Virus record (IMG/VR): IMGVR_UViG_3300026270_000009
Span: 1 to 48,059 of that record
DNA from: a virus
Taxonomy: Duplodnaviria; Caudoviricetes
Strand: one strand, 5' to 3'
DNA: 48,059 bases
Under the pieces are notes generated by a model. That model made no database searches and was not told the DNA's origin. It saw only the letters and a program-made list of their open reading frames with translations. Numbering within the stretch: the first letter of the stretch is position 1; the number at the start of each line of letters is the position of its first letter. Positions 36,197 to 44,940 of this stretch are shown one piece after another. A program made the position numbers and the translations under genes.

Positions 36197-36703
36197 TTAT
36201 GTCTGCTCCGTTTCCGCTTCTAATGGATTGATTGGCCCTGTCATAGGGATTCGATTCACGGAGACGCCAGCCTCGATGAACATCGTGCGTGCTAAATCGA
36301 ATGAGTCTTGCCAGCGCTGAGGCTCAACAAAGTCAGGGACAACGATCTTGTTGACGCCAGCTTGAATCAGCATCGACGCGCACCTGGAGCATGTCATCAA
36401 TGGCCAGACGTACATGGTTGCACCGATTAAAGAGACTCCGTTTTGTGCAGCCATTGCAACGCAGTTCATCTCTGCGTGGACAGTCATCTCAAGCCTGGTG
36501 TCTCTGTTCTTGAGACGTGCATCAGAATCATGCACACCAGCAGGTAAGCCGTTGTAGCCCTGAGCAAGAATGCGTCGATTGCGTACAGCTACGGCGCCAA
36601 CCTTGGTGCTTGGATCTTTGGACCACCCTGCAAAGTGTGAGGCAATGACAAGAAAGCGCTGATCCCAATGCTTTGGAGGCCTTGGCGCTCGAAGATTGTC
36701 CAT
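36197..36703 (-). CDS. dCMP deaminase
   Basis: WSKDPSTKVGAV, GYNG, HAEMN, CSRC. Confidence 0.92.
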   Translation of the reverse strand: MDNLRAPRPPKHWDQRFLVIASHFAGWSKDPSTKVGAVAVRNRRILAQGYNGLPAGVHDSDARLKNRDTRLEMTVHAEMNCVAMAAQNGVSLIGATMYVWPLMTCSRCASMLIQAGVNKIVVPDFVEPQRWQDSFDLARTMFIEAGVSVNRIPMTGPINPLEAETEQT

Positions 36704-36749
36704 TGATCTATTTATTTAGAATGTAACTGTCAAGAAGGGTCGTCTATTC

Positions 36750-36956
36750 ATGCTTGAAGTCGGCGCCATTATTGGCGTTGCAGCCGTTGGTGCTCTTTGG
36801 CGAATGGCCTTTGAGCAAGGGCGGATGCAGCGAGGAATGGACGCCATCCTCAAGGAAGTTCAGATGCTGCGCACCGACCTGGGACGAGAGGTGGGGCAGC
36901 TATCTGAAAGATTGAATGATCACGAGATCAGACTGCGTAATCTGGAGAATCGATAA
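36750..36956 (+). CDS. Small TM plus coiled-coil protein (holin/XhlA-like candidate)
   Basis: N-terminal TM; RLNDHEIRLRNLE end; preceded by TAGAAT. Confidence 0.6.
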   Translation: MLEVGAIIGVAAVGALWRMAFEQGRMQRGMDAILKEVQMLRTDLGREVGQLSERLNDHEIRLRNLENR

Positions 36957-37137
36957 GGCGAGTCCTTACTTCGAGTTCTTCCTTGCTGATGTTCCAGCGA
37001 TCGAGAGCACGACCCACCATGCGGTGTAGATCGGCTTGCTCTTCGTCTTTCAGGACTTGATCGCACTGACTGAGTAGATGATGCGTTGGCTCTGAGACAG
37101 CATGCAGAGCCATTTCAAGGATCTTGCGCTGTGTCAC
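36928..37137 (-). CDS. Hypothetical protein
   Basis: GTGA coupling to upstream gene. Confidence 0.5.
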   Translation of the reverse strand: MTQRKILEMALHAVSEPTHHLLSQCDQVLKDEEQADLHRMVGRALDRWNISKEELEVRTRLIDSPDYAV

Positions 37138-37439
37138 TGCTCGGTTTCTCCTGCGCCTGAGCCAACAGTGATCTCTTCAGTGAAGGATCCAGGCCGAAAG
37201 CCCTTATTCCAGATCTTGAAGCAAGCGCTGTTGAGCTGTTCTCTTGTCATCTTCCAAGTGATCAGCACATCAGACAGATCCTTCTTGAGGTCGTAGGCAC
37301 CGGGGAAGCCTGAATACCGAACGAAGAGCCTGCCGGCTTGAGTCAGGTCATCCTCGGTAGGCCTGACTGATTGCATTAGGCGGTTCACGACCAATCGGTC
37401 TGCACCGTATTGAGGGTGGTTTTGAACGCCCTGTTCCAT
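37134..37439 (-). CDS. DUF3288-family protein (cyanobacterial)
   Basis: QNHPQY..DR..V..L...A.RL..RY.GFPGA.D...DL...L..W......L......IW..GFRPG...VGSG. Confidence 0.8.
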   Translation of the reverse strand: MEQGVQNHPQYGADRLVVNRLMQSVRPTEDDLTQAGRLFVRYSGFPGAYDLKKDLSDVLITWKMTREQLNSACFKIWNKGFRPGSFTEEITVGSGAGETEQ

Positions 37440-37564
37440 GCTGAGTGCGCGAGTGATCAAAGGCTAAGAGAGATCTTGCAATGCTGCAGGACTATGAAGA
37501 ACTCTTAATCACTGCGCCGCAAGGGGTTTGAAAGAATGCGTCGAGCCTTAAAAAGCCCATATAG

Positions 37565-37865
37565 ACCCCTGACACGGGTAAACCCTTTGGCACGACTGGG
37601 ATCCGAGAGTGTGTCATGGGGGTGACAGGTTCCCTATACCTTTTCTCAGAAATTCCTCCCCTTCTTGGTTTTACTTCTAACCAAGGGAAATAACTCCTTC
37701 TCGCAGTATAGAAGACACAGCACACAAATGCAGAAAGAGGTGGAGGTGAGGCCTAAAACCCCGCAACTATTTTCTGAGAAAAGGTTGGGGGGACCATGAC
37801 ACGGGGTCGGCACACCATGAGACTCATCTCAGGGAGAGCAAAAAACCCGTGCCTAGGCCATGAAC
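37565..37865. other. Candidate replication origin
   Basis: Noncoding gap downstream of primase-helicase with repeated CC(A)TGACAC-like motifs in both orientations. Confidence 0.35.
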
Positions 37866-37948
37866 AGAGGCGGCAGGAAATAGCAGGACAAGAAAAAAGC
37901 CAGTCCCTCACTAGAGACCGGCCATTAGTTAGTCGCAAGAACGTCTCG

Positions 37949-40405
37949 TCAGTCCCAGTCAGGACCGAGTTCATGCGGGCTGCGGTTGAAAAACGGGTCG
38001 TCGTTGAACCACATGTTCATGACCTTGCCGTCTTTCCTGATCCGCTCCTTCCAGAAGCCACGTCGCTTGAGGATGTCGCTGACTTGGTAGACCATCATCT
38101 TCTCGTCCTTCGCAGGTATATCCATCCCTTTGAAGATGGAAGCCATTAGCCAGTAGCGCTTGCCGTGCGACTTATGCCCTGGCCTGTCGAGAGTGCCGGC
38201 GTGCTGCTTGGCGCAGAACTTGCTGAGCTCCTGCTCCAGGGGGCTGTCTGAAGTGAAGCTCTGCATGTACTCATTGAGGACACGGATCTCTTCACTGCTG
38301 AAGGTGTGCACAGGGTTATCGAGATACTCCTTGTAGGCAGCAGACCAGAGGCTGTCCCTGTCGCGCTTGAGTCGATCAAGGTCAATGATCTGAATCGCAG
38401 AGTCCTTGGCACTGGGTACAACGCCTTGCACCCTGATCGGCATGAAGCGCCGGTTGCCAGTCGGATCAACGAAGAGTTCGTCGGAGTTAGCGCAGGCAGC
38501 CAAGACAAAAGAACGGCGGTAGCAGCGTTCGTTCTCGTACTTACGTGCACTGCGGTCGACAGGAGTGGAGATCAGGTTCTTCATCTCCTCTGTGTTCTTG
38601 CGCTTGAAGAAGCGTTCGCACTCATCCATGCAAGCGATCCAACCAGCATGGAGAACGTGAGGGCGGTCCTTGATGTAGTTAATGCCCTGCTGGATGGTGC
38701 TGACCCACGGGTAGATGCCGGGGTCATTCACTGATGGAGGAGTCAAGTACTGCCAGAAGGTTGTCTTGCCGCAGTTCTGCTCACCGATCAGGATCGGCAT
38801 CCAGTCATGGACACAGCCTGGATCGATAACGCGAGCAACAGCGCCAATCATGAATCGCTTCATGATCACGTCAGCGAGGGAGTGACCGCAAGGCATGACG
38901 GGATTGCTGAAGTTGTCTGCGCTCACACCAAGCAAGGTGGTCGCAATGCTGTCGAAGTAATCGCAGGGGGCGACATTGCGTTGGCAGTGATCGAGGTAGT
39001 CGAGGACTGGGTGATAGGCGTTCTGCCTCCCGGCCACCAGGGCGGTGTCGTGAGTCAGGGTCTTGGGGTATGCCTTGCCGGTCCCGGCTGAGATCTGCAC
39101 GTAGAGAGTCGAAGCATCGTCAATCGTTTTCGGATTGCTCTTTGGTCCCCACTCCAGCTCTTGATTCATGGAGTTGAGCCTGATGCCAGGGAAGAGGTTC
39201 CTGAGATGGGCCAGGATCTCTGTGATCACATCGTTATCAGAGGAAGGCCGACCACGACCGCGAGGAGCAGCGTCCTCTTCAGGTTGATCCTCGTCATCGA
39301 AGTCAGGCTCATCGAGCTCTTCCTCTTGGGGTCGAGCCGGTTCTGCGATCTGAGCCCAAGGAGCGTCGGAGTCGAACAGGTTCTGTGTGTCGGCTCCGTC
39401 TTGCAGGATCTCTAGATAGTCCTCTTCGTAACCAAGGAAGTCCTCGTGGCCATAGCCAGCGAAGGCAGTACCAAAGACACCGAAGGTTCCTTCTCCACTC
39501 GGCTTGAGCTCTGATGGCAAGTCCTTGCGCCAGTCAGGGTTCTCCTTGTTGGCCAGAAAGAAGAGAGTGCCAAGACCTGTTCCGCGAAATCCGTAGAAGA
39601 ATTTCTCGGTGGTTTGACTGCTCTTGCTGCCCTTGCCGTGGTGACAGGCGGAAGCCCAGTCAGACCAGAAAGGGAATAGACGAGCTCCACCTGCGCGGCA
39701 GGACTTGGTGACATCGATGAACCTGTCGCGTTCACCGTCAGCCGTCGGCGTGATGACGTTATGCAGGACGTAGATCGCTTGCTCAATGGAGTTGTCATCG
39801 ATGTGATGGACGTCGCATGACTCCCTGGCCAGACGTTTACGCGCTGTCTCGGTCGCATCGTCGATGATGCCGGCAGGAAGGGACGCTTTCGGCTGCCAGA
39901 GGAAGTGTTCTGCTTGATCGTTTCCGTTGTAATAACGGCAAACATCAGTGCACTGAGTGTCTCCCCCAAGTGACCTAATAAGGAGCGAGACAAGGCTCTT
40001 GTAGATCTCTGGGTTTGAGATTCGCTCGGGTAGGCGGAAGACAACTCGGTATCGATCGCCAGGCTTTTTGCCGTGGCTAGGCGAGGTGTAGCCCCAGCAG
40101 GCGTGGGCAGCGAGGGGGTGTTCGAGGAACTCTTGGATGGATAGGCCGGAGTCAATATCGACGACAGCTAAATCGGCGTAATTGAAGGCTGCGCTTAGCT
40201 TGTGGCCACCATTCATCCGCACTGGCATGAAGGCTTTGCCCTCGCTGACAGCAGCTCTCAGGTCAGCCAAGGTGCCCGATTGATCCTGGTGCTCAGCCCA
40301 GTTGTGAACGTAAGAAGACTTCCATTGGGTTGGCTTGTTATGGATCTCTGGATGCAGCATGTAGGTCGCTAGCTGCTGCTGGTCGGCTGTCATAAGGCAA
40401 GACAT
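37949..40405 (-). CDS. Primase-helicase (AEP-like N-terminus, PriCT-2-like, VirE/VapE-type P-loop)
   Basis: VVDID, YTSPSH, YRVVF; acidic linker; Walker A GEQNCGKTT, MDECE, DPTGNRRF. Confidence 0.9.
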   Translation of the reverse strand: MSCLMTADQQQLATYMLHPEIHNKPTQWKSSYVHNWAEHQDQSGTLADLRAAVSEGKAFMPVRMNGGHKLSAAFNYADLAVVDIDSGLSIQEFLEHPLAAHACWGYTSPSHGKKPGDRYRVVFRLPERISNPEIYKSLVSLLIRSLGGDTQCTDVCRYYNGNDQAEHFLWQPKASLPAGIIDDATETARKRLARESCDVHHIDDNSIEQAIYVLHNVITPTADGERDRFIDVTKSCRAGGARLFPFWSDWASACHHGKGSKSSQTTEKFFYGFRGTGLGTLFFLANKENPDWRKDLPSELKPSGEGTFGVFGTAFAGYGHEDFLGYEEDYLEILQDGADTQNLFDSDAPWAQIAEPARPQEEELDEPDFDDEDQPEEDAAPRGRGRPSSDNDVITEILAHLRNLFPGIRLNSMNQELEWGPKSNPKTIDDASTLYVQISAGTGKAYPKTLTHDTALVAGRQNAYHPVLDYLDHCQRNVAPCDYFDSIATTLLGVSADNFSNPVMPCGHSLADVIMKRFMIGAVARVIDPGCVHDWMPILIGEQNCGKTTFWQYLTPPSVNDPGIYPWVSTIQQGINYIKDRPHVLHAGWIACMDECERFFKRKNTEEMKNLISTPVDRSARKYENERCYRRSFVLAACANSDELFVDPTGNRRFMPIRVQGVVPSAKDSAIQIIDLDRLKRDRDSLWSAAYKEYLDNPVHTFSSEEIRVLNEYMQSFTSDSPLEQELSKFCAKQHAGTLDRPGHKSHGKRYWLMASIFKGMDIPAKDEKMMVYQVSDILKRRGFWKERIRKDGKVMNMWFNDDPFFNRSPHELGPDWD

Positions 40406-40708
40406 GGCACACCCCAGGATTATGGCTAGTGCGCGTGGTCTTGCAACGCATAAGACAAAGCAGGTCAGTGTTATAGAACACGTCTGCTACATCAATTGCG
40501 AACGAAGATGAAGCTCGCAAAGCGAGTCTTAAGGGTCTCTCCGGTATCTCCAAAAACCGGTCAAGCAAAGGATGCGACGTCAAAAATGCATCCATTCATT
40601 CCGTTTATGCAAATTGTGCCTTGTCTTTCTGGCGCTTGCACCGTTCATCTATTAAGGTTCCGAGGCAGGCGACCACCACTCCTGTTAGTCCCCCAGGAGT
40701 GCAATCAA

Positions 40709-41467
40709 ATGAAAGACACAGCAAGCAACCAAAAGGAGCTCCGTATTGAGCGCTTCAAGTCAGTCCTGACCGAAGCAATGATTACCAACCAGTACACGCA
40801 GAGGAAGCTCTGCGAAGAACTGGGCATCACCATTGGCACCATGACGAAGTACCTCAGGGGTGCTGTCGATCCGAATCGTGTTGCCACTGAGATCCAGGCC
40901 GCATTGGCCAAGACGCTCGGCAAAACCACCGACGCTCTGCTGCATTACTACGCATCAGGCGATTACGGCTCGGAGCTAACCATGCAGCAAGTGGTGAGCT
41001 GGTGCACATCGCAGATGTCCCAGTCAGATATCCCCGTCCTGCTCGCGGCTATTTCGAGAGGCAGCGATCCCCTCTTAAAGGGAAGCAATGCTCCTGCTCT
41101 ACCTCCAGGCAAGCCGGAATTTGTGTTCACTGAGGCTGACGTTGAATTCTTCAGCCAAACAATCGATGGAGCGATGCAGTTCCTCATGGACAGAGGCATC
41201 TCTCATGAAAAAGCATGGAGGCGGATTGCCTACCAGCTCGACGAGATGGAGTGCGACGAGCAAGAGATCAGCGAAATGCAAACCATGTTCAGTGGTAAGT
41301 GTGAATACAGCGTTGAATTCCTGAAAGCAAAGCTTGTGCATTACCGTGGCAAAGGTTTTGACTCCTGCCCATGCCTCAAGGCGCTGAATTCATTTGACGT
41401 CTTGGCCGAGTACAAGCCTTTGACGCAACTGAGTGAGGTGTCGAAGGCGTTATACGCGATGGCTTAG
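40709..41467 (+). CDS. XRE-family HTH repressor-like regulator
   Basis: AGGAG SD; TQRKLCEELGITIGTMTKYLRG; divergent from primase. Confidence 0.8.
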   Translation: MKDTASNQKELRIERFKSVLTEAMITNQYTQRKLCEELGITIGTMTKYLRGAVDPNRVATEIQAALAKTLGKTTDALLHYYASGDYGSELTMQQVVSWCTSQMSQSDIPVLLAAISRGSDPLLKGSNAPALPPGKPEFVFTEADVEFFSQTIDGAMQFLMDRGISHEKAWRRIAYQLDEMECDEQEISEMQTMFSGKCEYSVEFLKAKLVHYRGKGFDSCPCLKALNSFDVLAEYKPLTQLSEVSKALYAMA

Positions 41468-41473
41468 GCATCC

Positions 41474-41506
41474 GCTGTTAATCGCAGAATTCCTGCTGTT
41501 AATCGC
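41474..41506. repeat. 12-bp direct repeat GCTGTTAATCGC x2
   Basis: Copies at 41474 and 41495 (21-bp period). Confidence 0.7.
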
Positions 41507-41528
41507 GAGACACGTAAGACTCGTAGTA

Positions 41529-41744
41529 TTAGTTCTTTTGTAAGAAGCCAAAGCGAGCATCTCGCTCTTCCTTCTCCTGCTTGCCACGTAATTTCGTGGC
41601 AGTTTTATTTACGTGCTCCAGGACTTTGAGAGTGTCTTCGACCGTCGAGCCCTGGGGCATTCGCAGGCTGATGGCATCGAACACATCAAAGAAGGCATTC
41701 GTTGCAGCCTTGATCTCCTTAGGAGTAAACGGATCCATATTCAT
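41529..41744 (-). CDS. Hypothetical protein
   Basis: ATGA coupling to exonuclease. Confidence 0.65.
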   Translation of the reverse strand: MNMDPFTPKEIKAATNAFFDVFDAISLRMPQGSTVEDTLKVLEHVNKTATKLRGKQEKEERDARFGFLQKN

Positions 41745-42487
41745 TTGGATTCCTCCTGCTCTTCGAGTTCTTTCAATTCACCGTAGCGTCGAACTTTTTG
41801 CAGCCACTTAGTGCGGAAGCGGCCAAGTTCGTCACCGTGGAAGATAAAACTTTGGTCGATCTCAGGGGTAGACACTAGGATCTGGGCACAATCGACCGAG
41901 ATGCCAAGCGTCTCCTCGATGGCCAGGGCGTAGGCAGCGAGCTGTAGCCCACACTTGTTGAGCTTGCTCCAGCCTGTAAAGTTGCTCCTGTCTGTTTTGG
42001 TTGGGAAGTATCGGCAATAGGGTTGGTTAGAAGTTTTGAAGTCGCCGAGGATGACAACATCCCCGCGAACACCGATCAAATCAGGGCAGCCACAAAAGCC
42101 ATACTTGTGTGACCATACTCTGGAGATTCCGTCTTTGCCAGTGCAATAGTCCCACTCTGGCTTTAGTGGTTTCTCTGACCACAGGAAGTGATCGTACTTA
42201 TCGAGGTGCTGACTTAAACCCTGCCAGAATGGCAGATAGTCTTCCGGTAGATCACCAACAGGGAGGCCTCGGATATAGCGTTCGCATGCAGCGTGAATGG
42301 CAGTGCCTCTAGCTGCAGCCTTCTCTTTACCACCTGGATTTTTTAGACCCCAGTTGTGGAGCATTTTCTTGGCATGCTCACTGGCAGTCTTGCCGAGGAT
42401 GGTTGTAACCGAGGGGTAAGCTTTTCCTGGAATGTCGGTTGTGTAATGTCGAGCGCCGTCAATTTCAAAGCGGGTTGGCCCGTCCAT
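41741..42487 (-). CDS. PD-(D/E)XK exonuclease
   Basis: YPSVTTIL, RGTAIH, GCPDLI, DFKTS, LQLAAYA. Confidence 0.9.
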   Translation of the reverse strand: MDGPTRFEIDGARHYTTDIPGKAYPSVTTILGKTASEHAKKMLHNWGLKNPGGKEKAAARGTAIHAACERYIRGLPVGDLPEDYLPFWQGLSQHLDKYDHFLWSEKPLKPEWDYCTGKDGISRVWSHKYGFCGCPDLIGVRGDVVILGDFKTSNQPYCRYFPTKTDRSNFTGWSKLNKCGLQLAAYALAIEETLGISVDCAQILVSTPEIDQSFIFHGDELGRFRTKWLQKVRRYGELKELEEQEESK

Positions 42488-42543
42488 GTAGATTGCGGCT
42501 TTGATAAAACGTAACGAGTTATCAGAGACAATTTTTTGACAAT

Positions 42544-42568
42544 AAAAAACCCGGTCAAAATAACCGGG
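42544..42568 (-). terminator. Rho-independent terminator
   Basis: Minus strand CCCGGT..ACCGGG followed by T6. Confidence 0.75.
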
Positions 42569-42912
42569 AAGGAAGCCTGAAAAGCGTTCTGGTTTTCTTA
42601 CTGATCGGTGTATTCACGGTAGAAACCCAACCGTCGGCACCGCCGATCGTCTTCAATGAGACCCTGTTTCATGGGATAGGCACGGGAGGAAACGAGTGGT
42701 AAAGGGGTAAACCCGTCGCCTGAGGTTGCAAGGGGTGAGGCCCTTGTGAACCCACAGTTGTCAACTGCTTGCCATCCACCGCCTGGCCCCGGCAGTGTGC
42801 TGTGCTTCACCTAGGGAGAGAACCAATAGGGTTATGACTCCTTGAACGCTGTGGCACACCAAGAGTAAGACTTCTCTTACAAGCGTGCCACCCGGCTTAA
42901 GAGTCTTGCCGT
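42544..42912 (-). ncRNA. Candidate structured noncoding RNA
   Basis: At least six hairpins in a gap with no convincing ORF, closed by a terminator. Confidence 0.45.
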
Positions 42913-42915
42913 ATT

Positions 42916-43365
42916 TCAGGGATCGATTTCGGATGGTGCGTTGTCCGGGTGATCCCAAGGGTCGTTGACGTGGGCCAACACTTCAGAAATGATGTCCTTT
43001 GCCTCTTGCTCGCTGCGATAGGCAGACAACTCTTCGAGCAGTTGACGTGCCAACAGAGTTGCTCCTTTCATGAGCTCCTCGATGTTGACTTCTTCTTTGC
43101 CTAAGCGCTCAGCGAGAATGGGTGCAACGACAGAGAGATAGGCCTGAACAAATGCATCAGGGATATATCCATTGAGTGACGCACCGCCATTAGTGAATCC
43201 ATTCACCAGGTGGCTGAGGTCACGAAGGTGTTCGTGTGCTTGCTGCTGATAAACAATCATCTGTCGCAGCTGGAGATTCATGTTGCGCATCTCCATGAGC
43301 ATCTGCTTGTTACTCTCGATCTGCGTCAAATTCGCATTCGGATCCATGGATGACGGCTCCATCAA
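42916..43365 (-). CDS. Hypothetical helical protein
   Basis: 149-aa ORF; start may be 43347. Confidence 0.65.
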   Translation of the reverse strand: MMEPSSMDPNANLTQIESNKQMLMEMRNMNLQLRQMIVYQQQAHEHLRDLSHLVNGFTNGGASLNGYIPDAFVQAYLSVVAPILAERLGKEEVNIEELMKGATLLARQLLEELSAYRSEQEAKDIISEVLAHVNDPWDHPDNAPSEIDP

Positions 43366-43507
43366 AAGCTTTCATAAGGTTTAGCGAGGAGCGAGTCAGT
43401 CCATCAAGGTGATTCCACGCTTGAGAAACTTGCTCATAGCCATGTGCTTCAATCAAAGCCTTGACGTCGCCTTTGCGGGAAGCCCGCTTCAAGGCGATAA
43501 CTAGCAT
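43310..43507 (-). CDS. Hypothetical protein
   Basis: MLVIALKRASRKG...AWNHL; ATG just after upstream stop. Confidence 0.5.
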   Translation of the reverse strand: MLVIALKRASRKGDVKALIEAHGYEQVSQAWNHLDGLTRSSLNLMKAFDGAVIHGSECEFDADRE

Positions 43508-43514
43508 GTCGGGC

Positions 43515-43772
43515 TCAGAGCTTGACAATGACAACGGGATTCTCCTCATTGTCAATGTACTGATATTCGAGGATCTCTCCGTCCAGCACTTTCTTGGTCA
43601 TCTCCGCAGGCCCGCCTGGGGTTGTACTGCGAAGGTGTGGATGTGGACGTCTGAAATGAAAACTATGACCTAAGCGATTAGGAGGTGTCGAGTTCATGCT
43701 GGGGTGAACGACTTGATCACCGATACTGCGAAGGATCCTTCGTTTTCGCAAATCCAGTGTGTAATTAATCAT
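43515..43772 (-). CDS. Hypothetical protein
   Basis: 85-aa ORF in same-strand run. Confidence 0.45.
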   Translation of the reverse strand: MINYTLDLRKRRILRSIGDQVVHPSMNSTPPNRLGHSFHFRRPHPHLRSTTPGGPAEMTKKVLDGEILEYQYIDNEENPVVIVKL

Positions 43773-43781
43773 CGCTAGGTT

Positions 43782-44111
43782 GTGTCAGATGTAGCTGGGA
43801 GTATGGGAATAGACCATCCTGAAGTAGACAACCAGAACCCGCTGGAGCCGACTGTTGGAGAGCAGTTGCGGTTTACTGAATTCAGTAAACAGCTAGAAAA
43901 GTTAGATCGGGAAGAATTACTAGAGATCGCTCGGATGTTGGCCAAGCAAGCATTAGTAATGCAGCCGTCAGCTATTCGTTTTTTGGCGCGAGAGGCGGCT
44001 CAAAACCTTGGAGCTCCACCCTCGATCGAAAAATGGATGAGGAGCGCAGAGGTCGTTCGATCAACCCTGACAGGAGAGAGCGAGAACGATTCTCGATCAA
44101 GTGAAGAGTAG
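43782..44111 (+). CDS. Second NblA-like protein
   Basis: PTVGEQLRFTEF..QLEKLDREELLE....L.KQ.LV helix-loop-helix pattern. Confidence 0.5.
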   Translation: MSDVAGSMGIDHPEVDNQNPLEPTVGEQLRFTEFSKQLEKLDREELLEIARMLAKQALVMQPSAIRFLAREAAQNLGAPPSIEKWMRSAEVVRSTLTGESENDSRSSEE

Positions 44112-44401
44112 CGAGTGCGACTGCCGCAGCAGGCACATTTGTGACAATGCAGGAATGTAATTTTGCGAGAGTCACGATTTTGGTTTGCGTCGCTACACAT
44201 TTGCTCAGTCGTGTCGGCGTTACGCAATACAACCTCAATTGCCTTTGATTTCGCCGGGCCTTTGAAAGCTTCGGCACTCAAAGCATGACGTATCATATGT
44301 TTCGTTGGGTTTTGTCTCGCACAACCCTAAATGCGATATATGCGGAAACAGCACGAACCAAGCGCAGGGGCGGTGGTTCTTTCAATCGAGATTTAGTTCA
44401 A

Positions 44402-44854
44402 TTATCGAGAAAATGCAGGTGCCTGTGCTATGGGCGCACCATTCTGCTGAGGTAATTGCGGATAGTCCTGCGGCACTTGCCCCCAGGCCTTTTGCATGGA
44501 CTGCAAAGACGCTGCTCCTACAGGGTTTACATGGGATATGTATTCCTCTTCCACCTCGCAGACACCCTTGTAGACGCCTGTGCGGCACGCCGTTTGATGC
44601 TTGCAGGACATGCATGGAAAGCCAAAGCATGGGCGGCCTACGCGTTTGTCAGGAGGGATCTCGCACTTGTCCAAGATCGCCTGTGTCACATCGCAGGACT
44701 GGGCCTGGGTATGCAGCATGCAACGAGTGGCTTCATAAAGCACCTCGCTGGAGGTGCGATGAAACGCTGCGGCATACATTTTGAGCGCCTTGCGACAGGT
44801 CTCTGACATCTTTGTCACGACCCTTGCGTTCTTGCCTGCGTTCAAGATCTTCAT
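44402..44854 (-). CDS. Putative ribbon-helix-helix regulator with Cys-rich domain
   Basis: RVVTKMSETCRKALKMYAA...TSSEVL; CFGFPCMSCKHQTAC. Confidence 0.55.
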   Translation of the reverse strand: MKILNAGKNARVVTKMSETCRKALKMYAAAFHRTSSEVLYEATRCMLHTQAQSCDVTQAILDKCEIPPDKRVGRPCFGFPCMSCKHQTACRTGVYKGVCEVEEEYISHVNPVGAASLQSMQKAWGQVPQDYPQLPQQNGAPIAQAPAFSR

Positions 44855-44891
44855 GACACACTCATAGCTGCAAGACGGAGGATAGTGCAAT

Positions 44892-44915
44892 AAAAAACCG
44901 CCCATACGGGCGGTT
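44892..44915 (-). terminator. Rho-independent terminator
   Basis: AACCGCCC-GTAT-GGGCGGTT plus T-run on minus strand. Confidence 0.85.
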
Positions 44916-44940
44916 ATACACACTGCTTCACGCTAAGTGC

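Noticed and set aside
40496-40708. N-terminal extension of the repressor ORF and opposite-strand ORF 40338-40595
   Set aside because: Good SD and ATG at 40709; region is more likely a divergent promoter, and I could not identify operators
42598-42958. Short ORFs, or a group I/II intron, in the structured gap
   Set aside because: Translations look non-protein-like; flanking genes are uninterrupted and no intron core motifs were recognised
43972-44296. Minus-strand ORFs of about 100 aa
   Set aside because: Overlap the NblA-like gene antisense and lack motifs; coding status unresolved
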